Positions 48,902 through 58,829 of a stretch of 64,000 bases of DNA are shown piece after piece. Both the position numbers and the translations under genes were made by a program. The stretch lies in the NCBI GenBank assembly GCA_040755455.1, contig JBFMAY010000011.1, forward strand, positions 1-64,000, written 5' to 3'. The notes below the pieces were generated by a model, which saw nothing but the letters and a program-made list of their open reading frames with translations, made no database searches and had not been told where the DNA came from. The DNA is from Thermodesulfobacteriota bacterium (lineage in GTDB: Bacteria > Desulfobacterota > Desulfobulbia > Desulfobulbales > SURF-16). Within the stretch, counting starts at the first letter, position 1. Each line of letters starts with the position of its first letter.

Positions 48902-50698
48902 ATGACAACAGTTCACTTTCGTTTTTCCCTGATCGCCATTCTACTCTTTTGGGTCATTTTAGCCGGCAACGATTCCGCCGCCGAGGAACCGGGCAAGGAA
49001 TCTATCGCCATTCTGCCTTTTACGACAAATGCCACCAAGGACATCTCCTATCTGCAGGCAGGCATCCGCAACATGCTGGCCAGCCGCCTGGCCGCAGACA
49101 CAGGGCTCAGGGTGATTGACCAGTCCCGGGTTGACCAGCAGGCAGCGGCAGCCGGCAACAGCAAACAGCAAGACCAGCTGATGCGGCTCGGCAACGCCCT
49201 GCAGACGGATTATCTCTTGAGCGCCACGCTTACGGCCATCGGCCAGAGCCTCAGCCTTGACGCCAAGCTCTATCCGGTAAAAAACCCGGGCAAGCCGGTG
49301 GAGACGTTTTATGCCTCAGCCGCCACGGAAGATGGCATCATCGCCGCGGTGGACAGCCTGGCTTGGGATATTGCCGAAAAATCATTCGGCAAGCAACGCC
49401 CAGTACCGAAATATCCGCAGCAGGCGCAAATGCCGGGCACCGCCGCCCCCATGCCCATGGCCCAGCCGGGCATGCAGCCTCCCGCCTTACCCACCGGTGA
49501 ACCCCAGGGTGATCCGGCATACAGGACGGCTCATCCCGACCGCCAATTCATGGGCAGTTACCAGGGTGGAGGCTCCCCCATCATCTACCCTACGGCAATC
49601 ACCAGCGCCTTTGGCTTCACGAAAACCCAGAACTTTGACTTCGCCCTGCAGGGCTTCGACACAGGCGACATTGACGGGGATGGCAAAAAGGATGTTGCCA
49701 TTGCCGCCAAAAATAAAATATTTGTCTACCACCTGATGGAGAACAGACTGGTGCCCTTCGGCGAGATAGAGCTGCAGAGCCGCTACAATGTCATCTCCCT
49801 GGACCTTGCCGATCTGAACGGCAACGGCAAGGCGGAAATTTATGTGACAAGTGTTGACTGGATAACCCCCAACTCCATGGGTATTGAGTGGCAGGGTAAA
49901 GAATTCGACTACCTCTTTAAAAACGAACGCTGGTACGTGAAAATCATGCATATTCCAGGACCCGGCAAGGTGCTGGTCGGCCAGCGGGCGGAAATCAACG
50001 GCCCCTTTTCCCGCGGCATCTTCCAGCTGCGGGTGACCGACAAGATCATCCAGCAGGAGGAGAAGCTGTCGGTGCCGGATGCGCTCAATCTCTATGACTT
50101 TTCCCTGGCCGACCTGGATGGCGACGGGAAAACCGAGGTGATTGCCCTTGACGAGTACGACACGCTGAGGGTGCTGCAGACAGGCGGCAAGCAGCTATGG
50201 AAAAGTGATGAAAACTACGGCGGCAGCCTGATCTATGTCGGCGGCGACAATCCGACGGCCAAAAGCGACAAAGACAACCTGGAGACAAGGACAAAAGAAA
50301 GGACCTACATCCATTCCCGTATCCTCGTCCAGGATGTCAACAATGACAACGTGCCCGATATCGTCATTAACAAAAATCTGTCAACCGCCTCCCGCGTGCT
50401 CAAAAACATGAAGAATTATCCGAGTGGCGAAATCCATGCCCTTGCCTGGAACGGCATAGGTCTGACCGATCTCTGGCGGACACGGAAAATTGACGGCTAC
50501 GTTGCCTCTTATCAGCTTGACCGCGATCCGGACAACAAGGACGCTGCCACCCTTTTTGTCGGTATCATCACCAATACCGGCTGGCTGGATATTTTCTCGG
50601 CCAGCGACAGCACCGTGCTCATGTATCCGCTTGATCTGCGCAAAACAGAGACCCAGGATCAGAATGTTCAGCCGGGATACCAGTACATGGGCAACTGA
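48902..50698 (+). CDS. exported FG-GAP/VCBS repeat protein with an N-terminal CsgG/TolB-N-like domain
   Basis: signal peptide, IAILPF, Pro/Gln linker, GDIDGDG, ADLNGNG, ADLDGDG, DVNND repeats. Confidence 0.85.
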   Translation: MTTVHFRFSLIAILLFWVILAGNDSAAEEPGKESIAILPFTTNATKDISYLQAGIRNMLASRLAADTGLRVIDQSRVDQQAAAAGNSKQQDQLMRLGNALQTDYLLSATLTAIGQSLSLDAKLYPVKNPGKPVETFYASAATEDGIIAAVDSLAWDIAEKSFGKQRPVPKYPQQAQMPGTAAPMPMAQPGMQPPALPTGEPQGDPAYRTAHPDRQFMGSYQGGGSPIIYPTAITSAFGFTKTQNFDFALQGFDTGDIDGDGKKDVAIAAKNKIFVYHLMENRLVPFGEIELQSRYNVISLDLADLNGNGKAEIYVTSVDWITPNSMGIEWQGKEFDYLFKNERWYVKIMHIPGPGKVLVGQRAEINGPFSRGIFQLRVTDKIIQQEEKLSVPDALNLYDFSLADLDGDGKTEVIALDEYDTLRVLQTGGKQLWKSDENYGGSLIYVGGDNPTAKSDKDNLETRTKERTYIHSRILVQDVNNDNVPDIVINKNLSTASRVLKNMKNYPSGEIHALAWNGIGLTDLWRTRKIDGYVASYQLDRDPDNKDAATLFVGIITNTGWLDIFSASDSTVLMYPLDLRKTETQDQNVQPGYQYMGN

Positions 50699-50700
50699 TA

Positions 50701-51711
50701 ATGGCCGGCCGGCAGCTTCGCCTTCTTGCGCCGCTGCGCCGGCTGATCCACGGCGCATTTTTGCTCTTCTGCCTGTTTATCGGCTGGCGTTTTTACCGGT
50801 TTTACCAGTGGGCGGTTGCCGGGGGCGACTACACGCCAAGGCCTCCCTCCGTGGAGGCCTTTCTGCCCATTGGCGCCCTGGTCAGCCTCAAGCAGTTCAT
50901 CCTCACCCGGCAGTATGACACCCTTCATCCTGCCGGGCTTACCATTTTCATTGCGGCCGTTGTTATTTCTTTGCTCTTCCGCAAAGGCTTTTGCGGCTGG
51001 CTATGCCCGGTTGGTTTCACCTCGGAGCTGCTCAATTCCTTGACCAGCAGGGTGATGGCCGCAGCCCGCCGCAGTAAAAGGCCTTACCTTCTCCGCCTGC
51101 CCCCATGGCTTGACTACCCCTTGGCGCTGCTCAAATACCTCCTCCTCGGGCTCTTCCTCTACCTTATCCTCTGGCAGATGGATCTCGCTGCCCTGGAAAA
51201 TTTCAGCCGCTCGCCCTACAGCATCACAACCGATGCCCGCATGCTGCTCTTTTTTCTCCACCCGTCAAACCTGGCTTTGGCCATCATGCTTTTCCTGGTG
51301 GCGGTGTCCATTGTTTTGCGCAATTTCTGGTGCCGTTATCTCTGCCCGTACGGAGCCCTGCTTGGCCTGCTCGCCCTGGCAGGCCCTCTGCAGCTTGCCC
51401 GGGACAAGGAGAAATGTATTGATTGCAAAAAATGCGAGGATAGCTGCCCCGCGGCCATCGAAATTACGGCAAAACAACAGCTGATAACCCCGCAATGCAT
51501 TGGCTGCCTGGAGTGTGTGGCCCGCTGCCCGCAGCAGGACTGCCTGACCCTGACCGCTCTTTTTAGGAAAAAACTTTCCCCCTTTCTTCTGCCCTTGGCG
51601 CTTCTGACCCTCTTTTTTGCCATCTGGCTTGCGGCAAAAATAAACGGCCTCTGGCAGTCGTCCCTCCCGGATGATGCTTTCAAGCATTTTTATCTGCTGA
51701 TCAATCGCTGA
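50701..51711 (+). CDS. membrane 4Fe-4S binding protein (NapH/MauN-like)
   Basis: FCGWLCPVG, WCRYLCPYG, CIDCKKCEDSCP, CIGCLECVARCP. Confidence 0.88.
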   Translation: MAGRQLRLLAPLRRLIHGAFLLFCLFIGWRFYRFYQWAVAGGDYTPRPPSVEAFLPIGALVSLKQFILTRQYDTLHPAGLTIFIAAVVISLLFRKGFCGWLCPVGFTSELLNSLTSRVMAAARRSKRPYLLRLPPWLDYPLALLKYLLLGLFLYLILWQMDLAALENFSRSPYSITTDARMLLFFLHPSNLALAIMLFLVAVSIVLRNFWCRYLCPYGALLGLLALAGPLQLARDKEKCIDCKKCEDSCPAAIEITAKQQLITPQCIGCLECVARCPQQDCLTLTALFRKKLSPFLLPLALLTLFFAIWLAAKINGLWQSSLPDDAFKHFYLLINR

Positions 51712-52075
51712 AGATGGCGCTTCCCACCAGTGGGATGGACAATCCCCCCGTTGTGCCCCGCCCCACAAATAAAAGCCACGGAGCCCATGTTCTGCCACAG
51801 AGGCCTGTAGTCATCAGACACCCTTTGTGATTACCAGGCAACATTTACATTTTTGTGAATTTTAAAATATCATTTTTACCCAAAAAATACCGTAGCACTA
51901 TTGACTCCCCATAAAGCCGTACTGCGCCCCGCAACTACCGGAATCCACCCGGAACTCACCATCCTGCCAGACCCAGCGCTTAGCCGTGTTTACATTTTTG
52001 ATAATAACAAAAATATAAAAATTACATAATTGTAATACATATTTTCCCCTACCGCTCAGCATTACACTCAAGACT

Positions 52076-52108
52076 TATCAATTATTTAGACGGATTATCA
52101 AACAGTTA
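52076..52108 (+). promoter_or_regulatory. two IHF consensus sites upstream of the glnK sigma54 promoter
   Basis: TATCAA-TTAT-TTA (52076) and TATCAA-ACAG-TTA (52096) both match WATCAANNNNTTR. Confidence 0.65.
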
Positions 52109-52136
52109 AGAATAAACATCGCAAAAGGCCAGCCTT

Positions 52137-52152
52137 TGGCACACAACTGGCT
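52137..52152 (+). promoter_or_regulatory. sigma54 promoter of glnK-amtB
   Basis: TGGCAC-ACAAC-TGGCT (GG-N10-GC). Confidence 0.8.
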
Positions 52153-52187
52153 ATACATGCTGACAAGGTAATTAACGATAACTTTAA

Positions 52188-52538
<351 letters not shown>

Positions 52539-52582
52539 CTTAAAAACACAAAATTAATTCTCTACTCTTTTGGTGAAATATC

Positions 52583-53980
52583 ATGAAAAAACCAATCACA
52601 TCTCTTTTTGTTATTGCCGCGGCGATTTTTATCGTCAGTCTTGCTGGCAATGTTTTTGCCGCGGATGCCCCTGTTCCCAACAAAGGTGACACCTCCTGGA
52701 TGATCGTGGCTACCGTCCTAGTTTCGCTGATGACCATTCCAGGCCTGGCCCTTTTTTATGGCGGCCTGGTGCGGACCAAGAATATGCTTTCGTTATTAAT
52801 GCAGGTATTTACTGTATTTTCCCTCTGTATTGTCCTGTGGGTAATATATGGATACAGCCTGGCATTTACCGAGGGTAATGCCTTTTTCGGCGGCTTGAGT
52901 AAGATTTTCCTCAAAGGGATAACCGTTGATTCCGTGGCCGCAACCTTCAGCAAGGGTGTGGTTATCCCGGAACTCATCTATGTCTTCTTCCAGGCAACCT
53001 TTGCCGCCATCACTCCGGCCCTGATACTCGGCGCCTTTGCCGAGCGCATGAAATTCTCCGCTGTGCTGGCCTTCATTGTCCTGTGGTTCACCTTCGCCTA
53101 CCTGCCGGCAGCCCACATGGTCTGGTATTGGGCCGGCCCCGACGCCTACACCGATGCTGAGGCGGGCGCCAAGGCGGCAGCCACCGCCGGCTTTCTTTTC
53201 CAGAAAGGCGCAATCGATTTTGCCGGTGGAACAGTGGTTCATATTAATGCGGCCATTGCGGGTTTGATTGGCGCATTCATGGCAGGTAAACGTGTTGGCT
53301 ATGGCAAGGAATCCATGGCGCCGCACAGTCTGACCATGACCATGATCGGCGCCTCTCTCCTGTGGGTTGGCTGGTTCGGTTTCAACGCTGGTTCCAATCT
53401 CGAAGCAACCGGTCTCGCCGCGTTGGCTTTCGGCAATACCATGACAGCAACAGCAGCTGCAGCGTTATCATGGCTTTTTCTGGAGTGGGGCATCAAAGGA
53501 AAACCGTCAATGCTCGGTGCGGCATCAGGCGCGGTGGCCGGCCTGGTGGCAATCACTCCTGCATGTGGTTTTGTCGGCATCGGCGGGGCGTTGGTTATTG
53601 GTTTACTGGCCGGCGCGCTCTGTCTCTGGGGTGTCAATGGACTCAAACGCCTGCTCGGAGCTGACGATGCCCTCGATGTGTTCGGTGTCCACGGCGTCGG
53701 CGGCATACTTGGCGCACTGCTGACCGGTGTTTTTGCCAATCCTGCCCTTGGTGGCGTTGGTGTCTATGACTATGTGGCAAACAGCGTCGCCGAGTATTCG
53801 ACCAGCGCCCAGGTTATCAGTCAGCTTTGGGGTATCGGCACAACCCTTATCTGGTCCGGTATTGTCTCGGTTATCGCTTACAAGGTGGTGGATCTGGTTA
53901 TTGGCCTGAGAGTGACTGAAGAAGAGGAACGACAGGGACTTGACACTTCAAGCCACGGAGAATCAGCATATAAATATTGA
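52583..53980 (+). CDS. amtB: ammonium transporter
   Basis: PGLALFYGG, DFAGGTVVH, WFGFNAGS, DDALDVFGVHG. Confidence 0.97.
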   Translation: MKKPITSLFVIAAAIFIVSLAGNVFAADAPVPNKGDTSWMIVATVLVSLMTIPGLALFYGGLVRTKNMLSLLMQVFTVFSLCIVLWVIYGYSLAFTEGNAFFGGLSKIFLKGITVDSVAATFSKGVVIPELIYVFFQATFAAITPALILGAFAERMKFSAVLAFIVLWFTFAYLPAAHMVWYWAGPDAYTDAEAGAKAAATAGFLFQKGAIDFAGGTVVHINAAIAGLIGAFMAGKRVGYGKESMAPHSLTMTMIGASLLWVGWFGFNAGSNLEATGLAALAFGNTMTATAAAALSWLFLEWGIKGKPSMLGAASGAVAGLVAITPACGFVGIGGALVIGLLAGALCLWGVNGLKRLLGADDALDVFGVHGVGGILGALLTGVFANPALGGVGVYDYVANSVAEYSTSAQVISQLWGIGTTLIWSGIVSVIAYKVVDLVIGLRVTEEEERQGLDTSSHGESAYKY

Positions 53981-54243
53981 TACCCTTGAAAATGTCGTCG
54001 CCATGGCGGAGAGCAGGAGTTGCAGGACTTTATGGATTTGGCATTTTGCAAGTCCGACCGGCTCCTGCCAGAAAATTCTCGAAATAACGATAAGCTGTTA
54101 CTGTTTCAGAATCTCATTTTTCATGGCAAATATTAAGTGTATCATGAATTGCAAAACATTATAGTAAATAACCGCTTTACCCCCCCCCCGGATTGTATGC
54201 CGGGGCATTTTCAATCAATCTATTTTTCCAAGGAGAAAGAAAA

Positions 54244-55044
54244 ATGAGAAAGAGCATGTTAACACTCGGCGGCATGGCCCTGCTGGGCATTTTCTGCACC
54301 GGCATCGCGGCATCCACCGCCTGGGCCGAAGAGGAAAAACCCACCGCGGAACTCAGCGTATCAGCTCTCAGCAAATATGTATGGCGCGGTTACGAGTTGA
54401 GCAAGGACAGCCTGGTCCTGCAGCCCTCCATGACCGTTGGCTATAAAGGCTTCGGCTTTAACCTCTGGGGCAACCTTGACACGGACCAGCATGAATTTTT
54501 CGCCACCTCCGACGCGAACTCCACGACCTGGACCGAGACGGATATGACCCTCTCCTATAACGGCTCCTGCAGCTTCGCCGATTACGGGGTCGGCTATATC
54601 TATTACGCCATGGACGGCCTGGATGACAGCCAGGAGGTATACGTCAGCGCCACCCTGAAGACCCTGCTGTCGCCCTCGCTGACAATTTACCGGGACTATG
54701 ATTTTTACCCGGGCTGGTATATCTCGGCCGGCATTTCCCACTCGTTTGCCATCACCGGGGAGCTATCCCTCGACCTGGGCGCCAAGATCGGCTACTACGA
54801 CATAGATGACGAGGACACCGTGGCCGACCCGGATGATCCCAACGACGCATACAGCGGCTTGCATGACGGCCAGCTATCCGCCTCCATGACCTTTCCACTG
54901 GGCGAGTATTTCTCCATCACCCCGGAGATCTACTACTCATTCCCGTTGGACAGCGATGCTGAAGATGTGATCGAAGCCGTCAGCGTCAACGGCAAGGACA
55001 GCGACTTTGTCTATGGCGGCGTCACCTTGAGCATGTCCTTCTAA
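54244..55044 (+). CDS. outer-membrane beta-barrel (TorF/TIGR02001-like putative porin)
   Basis: signal peptide, SKYVWRG, LQPS, ETD.TLSY, C-terminal Phe. Confidence 0.75.
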   Translation: MRKSMLTLGGMALLGIFCTGIAASTAWAEEEKPTAELSVSALSKYVWRGYELSKDSLVLQPSMTVGYKGFGFNLWGNLDTDQHEFFATSDANSTTWTETDMTLSYNGSCSFADYGVGYIYYAMDGLDDSQEVYVSATLKTLLSPSLTIYRDYDFYPGWYISAGISHSFAITGELSLDLGAKIGYYDIDDEDTVADPDDPNDAYSGLHDGQLSASMTFPLGEYFSITPEIYYSFPLDSDAEDVIEAVSVNGKDSDFVYGGVTLSMSF

Positions 55045-55128
55045 AAGGCTGCAAAGAAGCAAACCAACTTCCCCCGGCGCGCAGGGTCTCTTTCGCCTCT
55101 CCTGCTCTGCGCGCCTCTTTCCGGACAG

Positions 55129-55866
55129 ATGACCATGATACAACTAGCCGTTTTCCAACATGTGTGGTGGGAAGGCCCCGGGAAATTCCTGCTCGAGGCC
55201 GCAGCCAGGGATAATGTACAACTGCACGTTATCGAGGTTTGGCATCAACCGATTCCCGACCTGTCGCCCTACGACGGCCTTGTCATCCTCGGCGGCGGCC
55301 CCAACGTCAACCAGGTGGATGACTATCCCTTCCTGCTCCGGGAAAAACAGGCCATCCGCCAATGGCTGCTGGGCGACAAGCCATGCCTGGGCATCTGCCT
55401 CGGCCACCAGCTGCTGGCCGAAGCCCTGGGCGGCCGCATCGGCCCCAACTTCTGTCACAGCATCGGCTTTATCGAGGGCCACCTGACAAGCCTTGGCCGC
55501 GCCCATCCGGTATTCAAGGGCATTGACACCCATCCGCCCCTGTTCAAATGGCACGGCCAGGCGGTCCTGCCGCCCGTACCCAGCCATTTGCAGATCCTGG
55601 CCACCTCGAAGGAATGCCAGGTTGAGGCCTTTACCGTGCAGGACAGGTCATATATTGTCGGTGTCCAGTTTGACAACCACGCCGCGGCCCCGGCAGACGT
55701 CTCCCAGTGGCTCAACAAAGACGCGGCCTGGCTTGAGTCCATCACCGGCAAGGATATCAGCGGAAAACAGATCGCGGCCGATGCGGAAAAACAACAATGG
55801 CTGACCGGACGCCATTTTCATCAATTTTTCCGGAATTTCATCAGGTTGATGCACAAACCCGCCTGA
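55129..55866 (+). CDS. class I glutamine amidotransferase-like protein with an atypical catalytic motif
   Basis: FQHVWWEGPG, LGGGP, LGICLGHQLLA, WHG; QFDNH in place of QFHPE. Confidence 0.88.
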   Translation: MTMIQLAVFQHVWWEGPGKFLLEAAARDNVQLHVIEVWHQPIPDLSPYDGLVILGGGPNVNQVDDYPFLLREKQAIRQWLLGDKPCLGICLGHQLLAEALGGRIGPNFCHSIGFIEGHLTSLGRAHPVFKGIDTHPPLFKWHGQAVLPPVPSHLQILATSKECQVEAFTVQDRSYIVGVQFDNHAAAPADVSQWLNKDAAWLESITGKDISGKQIAADAEKQQWLTGRHFHQFFRNFIRLMHKPA

Positions 55867-55917
55867 GCCGGCCAAAGTTATTTTTGCATTTTATTTTCTT
55901 TGCGGTAAAGATATCTC

Positions 55918-57228
55918 ATGAGTCCGACAACCCAGAACAACATGTTCCTCCTGCTTAACCAGAGCGGGCCCTTTGCCACCCCGGCCGGCCTGCAAACGGG
56001 CAGCAGCATTTTTTCCCGGCAGGCCCGCGCCATAGCGTCCCAGCTGGGCCGGGGAGAACTGTCGACCAAATACCGCGTGATCCGCAACCAGATCTTTGAA
56101 TTTCTCAATGTCCGCTCCTTTGCCGCCATCCAGACCCTGCTCCATGACCGGAGCCGCCGTGAGGAAATCGATCACCGCGCCTATATGCTGCTGGGCAACA
56201 TGTTCGGCATCGAAGGCACGGAACGGGAGATCGTCTCCCGGGTCAGCAACTACTCACGAACAGCCGACGGCGTGATCCGCTATCTCCGCGGCAAGGTGCT
56301 GGCCAATTACAGCTCCCATATCGAGATGACCAACGAAATCGATGCCCTGAGCAGTCCCGCGGAGCTGCTGCTTATCGTTTTCGACGACCGCTACCACCAG
56401 AAGGCCCGTTTTGAAGCCAAACGCAAGCTGATCCTCATGAACCTGGCCGGCTCAATCGACCAGAGGGAAAGAGAAACGGGCATTGAGCACAAGTTCGCCC
56501 AGTTCCTCGAATTTCTCAACGATCATGTCTGGAGCAAAAAGGCCAAGATCGGCGAACTGGAAATCGTCTATCTGCTCAGCAGCCACGAAAAACAAAATTT
56601 CACCTGCGAACAGCTGCAGATCATCCACCGCCAAGAGGCGGAGCATATCACCCTGGCGCCGGGGCAGAAGCTCACCCTGCTCAAACGGCGGCGATTTACC
56701 GCCAACGGCAGGGAAATCCCCATCTATGTCTCGATCCGCAAAAAACCGCCGGAGGCCAAGGTGCTGAAGCTGCTGCGCAAGGGGGAGGAAAATCCCGCCG
56801 TGGCGGTTGATGACGAATTAGGTCTCATGGGAGTACTGGAATCCACCCAGGACATCAAGATATTTCAGAAGCATCTGACCAGCAGCGCCATTGCGGCCAA
56901 CTCCTTCATGGCGCTGGAGGACATCTCCGACTCGCTCACCGGCGTGAAACGGGCCAGCAAAAACATGGGCAGCTCCGCCAATACCGCCATGTTCAAGTTT
57001 TTTGCCCGGCTCGGCGGCATGCGGGTTGAGTTCATCGTCCACACCTACCGGAGCTACCTCAATTATATCTATCAAAGGGATGTCTCCCACGATGAGTATG
57101 AGGTCAAACGCATATTTGACACCGGAGTGGCCGAACTGCTTTTCCCGCAGAGCATCTATCACCTGGACATGAAAAAGATCCGCGAAAAACAGCTCCGCTG
57201 GTTCCGCAGGCAGATTGAGGAATTCTGA
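55918..57228 (+). CDS. hypothetical protein with a divergent RelA/SpoT-like nucleotidyltransferase C-terminal domain
   Basis: 436-aa ORF with genome-typical codons; RKK..AKVLKLLRK...VDDELGL, RVEFIVHT and SHDEYE in Rel/Spo motif order. Confidence 0.65.
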   Translation: MSPTTQNNMFLLLNQSGPFATPAGLQTGSSIFSRQARAIASQLGRGELSTKYRVIRNQIFEFLNVRSFAAIQTLLHDRSRREEIDHRAYMLLGNMFGIEGTEREIVSRVSNYSRTADGVIRYLRGKVLANYSSHIEMTNEIDALSSPAELLLIVFDDRYHQKARFEAKRKLILMNLAGSIDQRERETGIEHKFAQFLEFLNDHVWSKKAKIGELEIVYLLSSHEKQNFTCEQLQIIHRQEAEHITLAPGQKLTLLKRRRFTANGREIPIYVSIRKKPPEAKVLKLLRKGEENPAVAVDDELGLMGVLESTQDIKIFQKHLTSSAIAANSFMALEDISDSLTGVKRASKNMGSSANTAMFKFFARLGGMRVEFIVHTYRSYLNYIYQRDVSHDEYEVKRIFDTGVAELLFPQSIYHLDMKKIREKQLRWFRRQIEEF

Positions 57229-57229
57229 C

Positions 57230-57610
57230 ATGAAACACGCACCGCATACCCTGCCGCCGGCCGTGATTAATCTCTTCTTTGCCATCGGGCTCATGTCCGC
57301 CCTGTCCTTCCGGGCGCTCATGGCCATCAAGGATCTGCAGCCGCAACTGTTCCGCCCGGTCTGGTATCTGGGCATCATCGGCTACATCCTCTTTTTCGGC
57401 TTCCGTTACTCCATCACCGAAAAACGCAAAAAGGCCATCAGAGAATTCAACCTGGTCGAAAAGCTGCAGAACGGCGAAGAATTGACCTCCAACGACCGCC
57501 AGGTGGTGACCTACATCCTGTCGTCCCTGCAGAAATCGCGGGAGAACCTCAATTACCTCTTCATCTTCGTCACCTCCGCCATTGCCATTTTCCTGGATCT
57601 GCTTCTCTGA
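57230..57610 (+). CDS. hypothetical membrane protein (3 TM)
   Basis: hydrophobic segments; starts 1 nt after the upstream stop. Confidence 0.75.
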   Translation: MKHAPHTLPPAVINLFFAIGLMSALSFRALMAIKDLQPQLFRPVWYLGIIGYILFFGFRYSITEKRKKAIREFNLVEKLQNGEELTSNDRQVVTYILSSLQKSRENLNYLFIFVTSAIAIFLDLLL

Positions 57611-57622
57611 GAGGAGGTGAAC

Positions 57623-58729
57623 ATGAAAGGACTGATCGACAGCACCCTGCGGGAAGGCGAGCAGGCTCCGGGTGTGTTTTTTCCCCTGGCGGCCAAGATC
57701 AAAATCGCACGCCTCCTGGCCAGGGTCGGCATCGAGGAGATCGAGCTCGGCATTGCCACCCCCTACAACCGGGAACTGCCGGAACTGATGCGCTTGAGCC
57801 GGCGCAGGATCACCACCAGCCGCCTGGCCCTCTGGTGCCGGTGCGTTACCGCTGACATCGACTTTGCCGCCGCATTGGCCCCGGACGTTCTTTCCCTGTC
57901 GATTCCCGCCTCGGATCTGCATATCTACGAAAAACTCGGCCGCAACCGCAGCTGGATCAAAGATACTTTGGCCCAGGCCATCCGCTACAGCCTGGCAAAA
58001 GGCATCCGCGTTGTGTCCGTGGGACTGGAAGATGCCACCCGGGCCGATGAGGATTTTCTGGCGCAGCTGATGCAAACCGCGGCGCAGGCAGGGGCCGCCA
58101 GGGTGCGGCTGGCTGATACGGTGGGGATCATGAGCCCTGCGGCAATCGCCGGGCTCATCGGTCGGATTGCCAAAATCACCCCACTTGAGATCGGCATGCA
58201 CGCCCATAACGATTTCGGCATGGCCACGGCCAATGGCATTGCCGCCCTTGAGGCCGGGGCCGACTGGGCGGACGCCACCGTTCTCGGTATCGGCGAACGG
58301 GCCGGCAACAGCCGCCTGGAGGAGATGGCAGGCTACCTTGCCCTGCGCGGCGACAGGCGTCCCTACCAAACCGAACATCTGCGCCTGTTATGCCAAAGCG
58401 TGGCCCATGCCGCCAAAAGACCGATTGCCGGCTCGCATCCCCTGGTGGGCGAGGCAATCTTCACCTGCGAAACCGGTCTCCACCTGCAGGGACTGACAAG
58501 AAATCCGGCAACCTATGAGCCGTATGAACCGGAAAGGGTCGGCGGGCAACGGCGGCTGCTGCTGGGCAGCAAATCAGGCAAAAGGGCCATCCAGGACCGG
58601 CTGCAGACCCTTGGCTGCCCCCTGCCGGCAGAGAGACTTGAACAGGTCCTCAACCGGGTCCGCCACCAGGCCGGCAGCAAAAGACGGCCCCTGAACGACG
58701 AGGAAATACGAGCGATTATCAGCGGATGA
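57623..58729 (+). CDS. nifV: homocitrate synthase
   Basis: IDSTLREGEQAPG, EDATRAD, LADTVG, HAHNDFGMATAN, GIGERAGN, YEPYEPE..GSKSG; nif context; GAGGAGG RBS. Confidence 0.85.
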   Translation: MKGLIDSTLREGEQAPGVFFPLAAKIKIARLLARVGIEEIELGIATPYNRELPELMRLSRRRITTSRLALWCRCVTADIDFAAALAPDVLSLSIPASDLHIYEKLGRNRSWIKDTLAQAIRYSLAKGIRVVSVGLEDATRADEDFLAQLMQTAAQAGAARVRLADTVGIMSPAAIAGLIGRIAKITPLEIGMHAHNDFGMATANGIAALEAGADWADATVLGIGERAGNSRLEEMAGYLALRGDRRPYQTEHLRLLCQSVAHAAKRPIAGSHPLVGEAIFTCETGLHLQGLTRNPATYEPYEPERVGGQRRLLLGSKSGKRAIQDRLQTLGCPLPAERLEQVLNRVRHQAGSKRRPLNDEEIRAIISG

Positions 58730-58829
58730 CCTGATGCCGGCCCGCGGCAAAGCCCACGGCGACAGGGCAATCACCATAAACGAAAAAGGCAAAGCAAAGG
58801 CTCTCTCTTCTTGACCTTTCTCCGTTTTA

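Noticed and set aside
57104..58378. 424-aa minus-strand ORF
   Set aside because: Antisense to nifV and the membrane gene; no recognisable domain
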